Shown: positions 7,848-15,323 of the stretch, piece after piece
Numbering within the stretch: the stretch's first letter is position 1
Layout of the letters: the number at the start of each line of letters is the position of its first letter
Virus record (IMG/VR): IMGVR_UViG_3300031857_000104
Source: an uncultured virus (IMG/VR IMGVR_UViG_3300031857_000104)
Lineage: Duplodnaviria > Heunggongvirae > Uroviricota > Caudoviricetes
DNA: 20,000 bases
Direction: 5' to 3' (one strand)
Translations under genes and position numbers: made by a program
Notes under the pieces: generated by a model
Seen by the model: only the letters and a program-made list of their open reading frames with translations
The model's database searches: none
What the model was told of the DNA's origin: nothing

Positions 7848-10460
7848 ATGGATAAAAATTTAATATCAGAAATACATAGGATTCATGAAATGATGGGAGT
7901 TAAATCTAAAAATTTATTAATGGAGTCTAGTTGCCCATTTTGCGTTAAGTTTTTAAAAGAAATTGATGACTTAATTGATTTACTTAAAAAAAATGATTTA
8001 GATTTAGCGGGTTTTACTTCTAAAATCGATGAATTAGAACGTAAAATTGATGACATGGCGTTATCTATTAATGAAAAAACTGCTTTAAAAACAAAAATAC
8101 AAAAAGCTAAAAGTACCGGTATTACTGATGGAGATACTTTTAGAAGTTTATTGAAACAAGAATTTGATAATACTGATCAGTTTGGTGTAAGACAATCATC
8201 CGCATTGGACTCTGCGGATGCTACAAAAATAGATACTGTTGCAGTAATGAAAGATCCAGAAACCGCACAACTTTCATTTAATTCGCCTAACTCAAAAAAA
8301 GAACTAGCAGAAATAGAACTATCTTTTACAAAGGCAGAAACTGAAATTGATTATAAAAAAGCGTTTTCTACTTTAGACGATGTTGCTAATTTTTATGACA
8401 ATTATTTTAGAGAATTACTAATAAAAAAAGGATATCCTAAAGAATTTATTGATAATTATGTTTCTATATGGAGAAACTGGGTTAAAAATAATGAAACATT
8501 AAAAAAATGGTATAGTACACCAAACGAATTAAAAAAATCGCCAGCAGAAGGTGGTAGTGGAGCACCTATACAAAGAACAATAGTTGATGCGGACCAAGTT
8601 GATGATCCATACAGACAGGGTCCTTTTTTTCAAAAAGAGTATTTACGAGATAGTGAACCTGAAATATACGATAAGTATAATGGAATCATTAAAAAAAATG
8701 GTGTAGATGTAACAGACGGAGAAAGAAAATTACTTGATGATTTAGAAAAGTGGAAAAATGGAGAAAATGTGGATTTTACTCAGTATAAAAATAAAAATGT
8801 TAACCAAGAAGAAGTACCAACTGTAAATGCCACAGATTTTCTTAGAACCCAAGAAACAAAAAATCCTGGATTTTTATCTAAATTTGGTGACTCGTTTTTT
8901 GTTCCAAGTTTTACTAAAACAGTTTCCGATATTATTAGATCTTATTTTGGTACCAAAAGTTCTGATGTATATAGATTAGAAGTTGAAAAAAGTTTAAATA
9001 AACTTATTATGGATTTTGGACCTAAATTTGACGCCGTTTCAGGTAAATTAGTTGGTAAAAATGTTGATGAAGTTGCTAATGTTGTTAGACAATTGTTAAT
9101 GGATTTAAAATTGTCCAAAAATACTAATGAGTCTTGGGGAGAATTATGGCAAAAAATTGAAGACTCCTTGAGAATAAAAGGTCAAGAAATGGGTATAACC
9201 AATATTGATGAGTTTATTGGTTTTATAAAAAAAGGTGGTGGTGAAAAAGGTACAGATTACAAATCAACTATAGAGTATTTTTTAAAAACCATGGATGAAA
9301 TTGAAAATACCCCTCAATTATTTAAAGTGTTTGGTGATAGAAGATGGGCGTTAAGTAGTGGTATGTCTTTTTCTGATTGGAATCCTCTTAAAAAATTATT
9401 TAAAGAATTTACCGACGAATTTGATAATAAAGTTATTAAAAATTTTAAAAGAAGAGACACTCCTGGGTTTTTTAAAGGTTTATGGGGAATAGTTTCAACG
9501 GTAACCTCACAAGGTAGTGGTTTATTACTATACGCGGCACCAAGAAAAATTCAAACAATAATTAAAGATTTAAGATTTATGGGAATAACAAATAATAATC
9601 TTTTAAAATCTTTAATTAATACTTATATATCTATGTGTGTTTTGAGTTTAATTTTGGTTCCGTTAGCAACCGCTGTTATGACATTTTTTGCAACACTACG
9701 AGCAGAGACAGGTCTTGATTGGTCTGAAGCTTCAGAAAATTTTTGGCAGTCAGGATATAATACGTTTATTGAAAAAATAACAAGTTTAAGTGTTTTAAAC
9801 CCTTTTGGTGGTTGGTCTCCCGCATATGAAATAGGGAAGGCTATTTGGAACAGATCTTGGAAATCGCCTAAAAAAGTTGCTGAGGAAAAAAGAGAAAAAT
9901 GGAGAAAGGAAACGGAAAAACTAAAAAGTGAAACAATTAAAAAATTAGATAAGAATGCTGAAAATAAATTTAATGAATTACCTAATGATAAACAACAAGA
10001 AATTTATAGAAAATTAAATTACGATATTTTGACTAACGCGTTAAAAACAAATAACCTTTATAACCAACTAACTAGTGAAGAAGCAAAATTAATTTCACGT
10101 AGACTTAAATTTAAACCTTCTTTAGACAGAGAAGCTAGAACAAATGCACTATCCGATTTTAATGATTTGAGTTTTGAAAATGTTACAGATTTTGAGAATT
10201 TTAAAAAAACAGTGGATGAAAAAAAATTAGATAAGGGTGAAGTTATTGGTAATATGGTATTAGTTGGGTCATCTGGTAAAGAATATTTGGTTAGATTTGT
10301 AGATGAATCCACTAAAAATTTAATAGTTGATCCTGAAAACAAATATTTATTAGATGGTCATTTTGCATGGATAAAACCTGATTTTAATTCTATATTTATT
10401 GGAACTAAAGAAACGGGTTATTCACTAAAACAGTTTGCACAACAATATAAAAATTTATAA
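7848..10460 (+). CDS. large helical putative internal virion/ejection protein with one predicted transmembrane segment
   Basis: 870 aa. Leader MDKNLISEIHRIHEMMG...LLME. TM-like YISMCVLSLILVPLATAVMTFFATL. Confidence 0.65.
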   Translation: MDKNLISEIHRIHEMMGVKSKNLLMESSCPFCVKFLKEIDDLIDLLKKNDLDLAGFTSKIDELERKIDDMALSINEKTALKTKIQKAKSTGITDGDTFRSLLKQEFDNTDQFGVRQSSALDSADATKIDTVAVMKDPETAQLSFNSPNSKKELAEIELSFTKAETEIDYKKAFSTLDDVANFYDNYFRELLIKKGYPKEFIDNYVSIWRNWVKNNETLKKWYSTPNELKKSPAEGGSGAPIQRTIVDADQVDDPYRQGPFFQKEYLRDSEPEIYDKYNGIIKKNGVDVTDGERKLLDDLEKWKNGENVDFTQYKNKNVNQEEVPTVNATDFLRTQETKNPGFLSKFGDSFFVPSFTKTVSDIIRSYFGTKSSDVYRLEVEKSLNKLIMDFGPKFDAVSGKLVGKNVDEVANVVRQLLMDLKLSKNTNESWGELWQKIEDSLRIKGQEMGITNIDEFIGFIKKGGGEKGTDYKSTIEYFLKTMDEIENTPQLFKVFGDRRWALSSGMSFSDWNPLKKLFKEFTDEFDNKVIKNFKRRDTPGFFKGLWGIVSTVTSQGSGLLLYAAPRKIQTIIKDLRFMGITNNNLLKSLINTYISMCVLSLILVPLATAVMTFFATLRAETGLDWSEASENFWQSGYNTFIEKITSLSVLNPFGGWSPAYEIGKAIWNRSWKSPKKVAEEKREKWRKETEKLKSETIKKLDKNAENKFNELPNDKQQEIYRKLNYDILTNALKTNNLYNQLTSEEAKLISRRLKFKPSLDREARTNALSDFNDLSFENVTDFENFKKTVDEKKLDKGEVIGNMVLVGSSGKEYLVRFVDESTKNLIVDPENKYLLDGHFAWIKPDFNSIFIGTKETGYSLKQFAQQYKNL

Positions 10461-10468
10461 AAAAAGTT

Positions 10469-11335
10469 ATGAGTAAAAGATTTGATGAAGATAATTACAA
10501 ACATTGGAAGGACACTTTCAAGTTTCAGTCTTACGATGAAGAAAAGGCAAAATATAAAGACGTTAAAATTAACATGGAAGATGTAATGGATAGAATTGAC
10601 CATTACAGAAAAAAATATGATGAAGATGACGCTTTTGTTAGGGCCGTTATAGATACTCATGAAAATGTTGTTAAAATTATGTTCACCAAAGATTTGGCTC
10701 ATTTAACTGAAGGTGTTTCTTTATATGGTTTTGCTTCTGTATTACAAAATTTAAGAGAAGGTAGAGGTGAAATGGAAATTTGGTCAGTTTCTAGACCTGC
10801 CGATGGTAACTGGTTTTTAGTTAAAGGTTCTTTTACTAAAAAAGAGTTAGCAAATATGAATTTACATAAAAAAGAACCAAGAGATAAAGAAACAGAAAAA
10901 GAAGAGAAACCTGAAATTGGTTTAAAAAAAAAAGAAGAGACGGCAGTAGAAAAACTAAAAACTAATGAGGTTTCTGGTTTAGAAATGCTTCCTGTTAAAA
11001 TTAAACAAAAGGTAAGAGAAAAAATGGCTAAGGGTTGGACTACTGAAACACCCTATTCTTTTTTTAATGACTTTTATACTGAAAGTGATATTAATTCAGT
11101 TTTTAACGATAAGATTAAAATTTATAAGTTAAAACCAACCTATGAATTTTTTAATTCTTTAAAAGAAAATTCAGCAAAAATAAGTTTAAAAAGAGGGTTT
11201 TGTAGGTCAATTTATTTGGCCAAAAATGATTCAGATATTAATGATACTCACCAAAAAATTGTTGATCATATTTTAGATAAATGTGAACAAAAATACAACG
11301 GAAAAATAGGTATTTATAGATCTTCTAACATTTAA
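10469..11335 (+). CDS. hypothetical protein (288 aa)
   Basis: Long ORF 8 nt after the upstream stop. No recognised domain. Confidence 0.85.
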   Translation: MSKRFDEDNYKHWKDTFKFQSYDEEKAKYKDVKINMEDVMDRIDHYRKKYDEDDAFVRAVIDTHENVVKIMFTKDLAHLTEGVSLYGFASVLQNLREGRGEMEIWSVSRPADGNWFLVKGSFTKKELANMNLHKKEPRDKETEKEEKPEIGLKKKEETAVEKLKTNEVSGLEMLPVKIKQKVREKMAKGWTTETPYSFFNDFYTESDINSVFNDKIKIYKLKPTYEFFNSLKENSAKISLKRGFCRSIYLAKNDSDINDTHQKIVDHILDKCEQKYNGKIGIYRSSNI

Positions 11336-11348
11336 TAATTTTAGTAAA

Positions 11349-11355
11349 TATTTAT
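11349..11355 (+). promoter_or_regulatory. TATTTAT motif, putative late promoter
   Basis: AATATTTATTATAA directly before ATG 11361. Confidence 0.55.
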
Positions 11356-11360
11356 TATAA

Positions 11361-13778
11361 ATGAAAAATTTTTTGAAAATATCTCAAGAGGAAAAAAAAT
11401 ATATCCTTGAAAAATATTCTTTATTAACTGAAGACGATAAGTATGGTTGCATAAAAGGTGATTGTAAAAATGGGTACGGTGAATTTAGATATGAAAACAC
11501 AAAAAACAAACCTGTTTATTGTGAATATTACAAAGGTAATTATGTAAATGGAAAAAGGGAAGGTCAAGGTACATTAATGTTTTCAAACGGAGATATTTTT
11601 TCAGTTAATTTTAAAAATAACGAAGTAAATGGTCAAGGTATTTATAAATCCAATAACGGTATTGTTTATGATGGAAAATGGAAAGATGTTAATGATGACT
11701 CAATACCATTAGAAACCGATACAGAATTTAAAGTATTTTGGCCCGATAGTTTGGGTGGATGCACATATATTGGTGTTTACACCGACCATGGTATGGATGG
11801 TGAAGGTGTTTTAAAGTTTCCTGACGGAACAAATTATACTGGAACTTTTAAACAAACTGACTTTAGTTCTAAAATTCAATTTGACGGTATTGATTCTAGA
11901 AATTCGTCTTCAATATGGACTGATGATTTAAAAGATTACCATAATAATCCACCTACTGATGAAGAAGAGGTTGTTGATGATGAAGAGGTTGTTGATGATG
12001 GTCCTGTTGAAAACATTTTACAAGTTACAGAAGGATTAAGAAAAAATTGGAAGGGTTGTAAAGTACCGAATGATGATCCTAAATATGACTTTACGGGTCT
12101 TGGCGGAGGTAAAGACTACGGATATTTTACTCAAATGCCTGAACTTGGTTATGCTAAATTTAAAGGCCAAATTGATGGTAAAGAAGTGACTATTGAATAT
12201 GGTTGTTTTGATAAATTTAAAATAGTAAGAGGTAGAGAAACTGGTGATAGGGGTAGTTTTGAGGGTGAGTATTATACTGAAGACACTGAAGGGTTTTTTA
12301 AAGGTGACGAAACTAAAGCAAATAAATTTGCATTAGGTGAGTTAAAAAATTCACCTGAATATGATTTTTATAGTAATACTTGGATATATTTTGGTTATTT
12401 TACTGATGGTAAAATAAACGGTGATAATAGTAAAATACCAGGACTTAAATCAGATAAATCAGAGTATGGGAAAATAACATTTAACGATAATAACACTTAT
12501 TCTGGTGATTTTGTAAACTCCAATATTAATGGTAATGGAACTTTTACTTTTAGTAATGGAATGGTTTTAAGTGGGTTCTTTACTACTAAATCAGAGGCCG
12601 ACGGGGACGTTATTAGTGTAAATCTTACTGAAACATATAAACAAAAATACGGTTTAACAAGAATAGAAGACATTTTTGATTTTAATGAAACATATGACCC
12701 AAATAAAAAACCTAACCCACAAAGTGATACGATAGGAGCAATAAAAGTCTCAACTTTAAAAGGTAAAACATACTATAAAATAAAGTTAGAAAGTAAAATA
12801 ACTGGTAAATCTAAAGAGTTTGAAAGTTTAATTGGTGGCGTTTTTATACGAATTACAAATAAAGAAGATAAAAAGATTTTTTTTGAAACAACTTCTGACG
12901 TAAGTGGTAATTTTGAAATACGAAATATACCTTTTGGTGAATATAATTTAGATTTTCTTAGAGGTGATAAAAAATTTGGTTTTGTTTTTGAAAAAGATGA
13001 TTATAAAATAAGTAAAGATACTCATACAGTTAATGTTAAATTAGCAGGAACTAAACGATTAGTAAAGGATTTAAACCGAGATATAAAAATTTATGATAAA
13101 TCAACAACTAATGAGTACGGTAAAACTCAAACAAGTGATGGTACTGAAACATTTGATATTCTTTCAATGGATGGGGATGAACTTTATGAATACTTAGAAT
13201 CATATTTAAATACAAACCAAAAAGATAGAGAGTCATGGATTCAAGATTTAGTTGCTGGTAGATTTGAAAAAAAATATGGTGAGGTTACGTCAAAAGAAGC
13301 TTGTTTAAGAGAATTTAAAAGTTATGCTGATATCATAAGAAAAATCACTAAAAATGAAATTGATCCTGAAAAAATAAAACAACCCGGAAATGATCTACAA
13401 CCAACAAAAAATTATTTAAAACAATGTTTAAAAACTTATGGTAAAGATATTGTTGATAAAGATGATGTTAAAATAGTTGTAAATCCACCAGGAGAAGCGT
13501 ATGAATTAGGTGTAAGATTGGAAAATAAAATTTATTCAGATATTTATAATAAAACCTCTGATATGGGTATCTACAGTTCAATTAGAAAAGTCCTTAAAGA
13601 ACAAAAAACAACTAATAATATTGAAAATAATATCATTAAAAATAGGTTAAATTTTATTTACGAAAGTTCTGATTATTATGATTTAAAATTTAATCTCTTA
13701 AAAGAATCTAAAGAATTGATAAAAAAAGGTTATAACGAAAATATGGTTAAAAATTACTATAAAAAACTATTAAACTAA
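11361..13778 (+). CDS. MORN-repeat protein with a carboxypeptidase-regulatory-like beta-sandwich domain
   Basis: GCIKGDCKNGYG, YKGNYVNGKREGQGTLMFSNGD and YSGDFVNSNINGNGTFTFSNG are MORN-type. ETTSDVSGNFEIRNIPFGEYNL is CarboxypepD_reg-like. Leader ISQEEKKYILEKYSLLTE. Confidence 0.8.
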   Translation: MKNFLKISQEEKKYILEKYSLLTEDDKYGCIKGDCKNGYGEFRYENTKNKPVYCEYYKGNYVNGKREGQGTLMFSNGDIFSVNFKNNEVNGQGIYKSNNGIVYDGKWKDVNDDSIPLETDTEFKVFWPDSLGGCTYIGVYTDHGMDGEGVLKFPDGTNYTGTFKQTDFSSKIQFDGIDSRNSSSIWTDDLKDYHNNPPTDEEEVVDDEEVVDDGPVENILQVTEGLRKNWKGCKVPNDDPKYDFTGLGGGKDYGYFTQMPELGYAKFKGQIDGKEVTIEYGCFDKFKIVRGRETGDRGSFEGEYYTEDTEGFFKGDETKANKFALGELKNSPEYDFYSNTWIYFGYFTDGKINGDNSKIPGLKSDKSEYGKITFNDNNTYSGDFVNSNINGNGTFTFSNGMVLSGFFTTKSEADGDVISVNLTETYKQKYGLTRIEDIFDFNETYDPNKKPNPQSDTIGAIKVSTLKGKTYYKIKLESKITGKSKEFESLIGGVFIRITNKEDKKIFFETTSDVSGNFEIRNIPFGEYNLDFLRGDKKFGFVFEKDDYKISKDTHTVNVKLAGTKRLVKDLNRDIKIYDKSTTNEYGKTQTSDGTETFDILSMDGDELYEYLESYLNTNQKDRESWIQDLVAGRFEKKYGEVTSKEACLREFKSYADIIRKITKNEIDPEKIKQPGNDLQPTKNYLKQCLKTYGKDIVDKDDVKIVVNPPGEAYELGVRLENKIYSDIYNKTSDMGIYSSIRKVLKEQKTTNNIENNIIKNRLNFIYESSDYYDLKFNLLKESKELIKKGYNENMVKNYYKKLLN
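11964..11999 (+). repeat. 18-nt in-frame tandem duplication (EEVVDD x2)
   Basis: gaagaggttgttgatgat twice, in an acidic linker. Confidence 0.9.
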
Positions 13779-13779
13779 T

Positions 13780-13912
13780 ATCGCAATGCCATCTGCGATT
13801 AATAAGGTGAATGGCTGGATTTTTGAGTAGTTTCTTAAATCCATAAACCTTAAAGAAAGGGAGGTGTTCCAAAATCTAAGAAAGGTGTTCTGAAAAGAAC
13901 ACCTTTTCTTTT
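13780..13912 (+). ncRNA. candidate structured RNA / 3' UTR element carrying a complement to the Bacteroidota 16S rRNA 3' end
   Basis: Stems ATCGCA/TGCGAT, GCCAT/ATGGC, TAAGGT/ACCTTA and TGGATTT/AAATCCA, then AGAAAGGGAGGTGTTCCA, then a terminator. GC-richer than the other gaps. No known family recognised. Confidence 0.45.
13881..13912 (+). terminator. Rho-independent terminator
   Basis: Perfect 11-bp stem AAAGGTGTTCT / AGAACACCTTT with a GAAA tetraloop, followed by TCTTTT. Sits between the internal-protein block and the tail block. Confidence 0.85.
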
Positions 13913-13919
13913 ATAATGG

Positions 13920-13926
13920 TATTTAT
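13920..13926 (+). promoter_or_regulatory. TATTTAT motif, putative late promoter
   Basis: Lies immediately downstream of the terminator and 5 nt before ATG 13932, where a re-initiating promoter would be needed. Confidence 0.6.
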
Positions 13927-13931
13927 GTAAT

Positions 13932-14714
13932 ATGGAATTTAATATCAAAAAAGGATCCACCTTACCATTTATTGAAGTTGCTTACTTAAAAGACGGAAAC
14001 AAAGACTATAATTTTAGTAATACCAATTTAAGTGAGTCAACAATATATTTTTATATGAAAAATATTGATACCGATACGTATAAAATTGCTAAAAGTATTG
14101 CGACATATGATAGTGTTAATAATAAAATATATTACCAATTTACAAAAAAAAACACTTCAGATGTTGGAAGGTATGAAGGAGAATTTAAAGTATATAATGA
14201 ACAAGGGTTAATTGAATTACCTTTAAAAGAAAAAATTTATATAAATGTTTTACCTTCATTTAGTGATTCTAGATTTTGTTGCGGTTCTAATAGAAATATA
14301 GGTCCCGTACCAATACCAACACAAACACCAATACCAACACCAACTCCGACACCTACACCAACATCTACACCAACACCAAGTGTAAATGGGTTCTACTACG
14401 GTAAATTTAATAGTATATCAATAACAAGTGGTGATGTTGTAAGTAATTTAACATTTGTAACAGCAAATAATGCGGTTAATAGTTATGTACCATTTGGTAC
14501 AGGGTTAGGATATGGGTATACAATCATACCAACATTATTTACCCAACCAACAGAATTTATAGATAGTACTGCTGGTTGTACAGGTATTCAAATACCGACA
14601 AACAATATTGGTCAAGTGACAATAAATAATATTAATAATGTTCCTGTAACTTATAACGTTTACAGGACATTCTTTAGGTTCAACGGAACATTAACAAGTT
14701 GGATGTGTGATTAA
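13932..14714 (+). CDS. BppU-like baseplate/tail protein with a Pro-Thr linker
   Basis: N-terminal FNIKKGSTLP...IYYQF...TSDVGRYEGEFKV...LP resembles the BppU N-terminal domain. It is followed by a (PT)n linker and a beta-rich C-terminal domain. Confidence 0.65.
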   Translation: MEFNIKKGSTLPFIEVAYLKDGNKDYNFSNTNLSESTIYFYMKNIDTDTYKIAKSIATYDSVNNKIYYQFTKKNTSDVGRYEGEFKVYNEQGLIELPLKEKIYINVLPSFSDSRFCCGSNRNIGPVPIPTQTPIPTPTPTPTPTSTPTPSVNGFYYGKFNSISITSGDVVSNLTFVTANNAVNSYVPFGTGLGYGYTIIPTLFTQPTEFIDSTAGCTGIQIPTNNIGQVTINNINNVPVTYNVYRTFFRFNGTLTSWMCD

Positions 14715-15292
14715 TGGGTACATTTAGTTTATCAGGAGGAGTTGAGGTTGTAGGTTTTATTTCACCTACAGATCCGCAGGATACATATCCTGTTATTGAC
14801 CCATTATATGGTATTGATGGGTTTAGAAATGTTGATAGTTTAATTGAATTAAATAACATTCCTGAAGAAAGAAGAAGGGCGGGGATGGTTGTCGGTGTCA
14901 GTGGTGGTACTGAATACTATAAACTTAATTCTTCACCTTGGAATTACACCATAAGTGATTGGTCTAATTTTAATCCTGGTGGGTCATTTACAGGTGGAAC
15001 AGGATCATGTTTAACTGACCTTGTTATTGAAAACTTATATTCTTGTGATACAGGAATAACAATACATAATGATTTTATTCCCGTAACCGATAATACCATT
15101 AATATTGGTACACCAATAAGAAGATTTAGAGATATAAATACAGTTAGTGGTACAACAACAGTATGGACGGCAACTACAAGTGTATACACACCTAATTTAG
15201 ATTTAGGTTTAGATAGTTTAGGTAACAGTAGAATAATAACAGCAAATAACTCAATAATACAAGATGATACATTAAATGGTGGTGCATTTTGA
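14714..15292 (+). CDS. tail fibre-associated structural protein
   Basis: TAATG coupling. Fibre-type motifs IPEERRRAGMVVGV and IPVTDNTINIGTPIRRFRDI. Ends DTLNGGAF. Confidence 0.65.
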   Translation: MGTFSLSGGVEVVGFISPTDPQDTYPVIDPLYGIDGFRNVDSLIELNNIPEERRRAGMVVGVSGGTEYYKLNSSPWNYTISDWSNFNPGGSFTGGTGSCLTDLVIENLYSCDTGITIHNDFIPVTDNTINIGTPIRRFRDINTVSGTTTVWTATTSVYTPNLDLGLDSLGNSRIITANNSIIQDDTLNGGAF

Positions 15293-15302
15293 AAGTAAAT
15301 AA

Positions 15303-15309
15303 TATTTAT
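15303..15309 (+). promoter_or_regulatory. TATTTAT motif, putative late promoter
   Basis: AATATTTATT upstream of ATG 15324. Confidence 0.55.
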
Positions 15310-15323
15310 TAAAAAAAGTAAAA

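Noticed and set aside
7932..7943. CPFC as a thioredoxin/glutaredoxin active site
   Set aside because: The surrounding sequence is helical/coiled-coil, with no thioredoxin-fold pattern visible.
13776..13802. Pseudoknot-stimulated stop-codon readthrough of the MORN gene
   Set aside because: Readthrough would add only about 7 codons before another in-frame TAA.
13804..13871. A real rRNA gene or rRNA fragment (AAGGTGAATGGCTGGA resembles 16S AAGGTGCGGCTGGA)
   Set aside because: The matches are under 20 nt, lie in opposite orientations, and have no further rRNA sequence around them. The sense-strand resemblance is gapped and may be chance.
14311..14378. ACACCA-type repeat as a regulatory microsatellite
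   Set aside because: It encodes an ordinary Pro-Thr linker with varied third codon positions.
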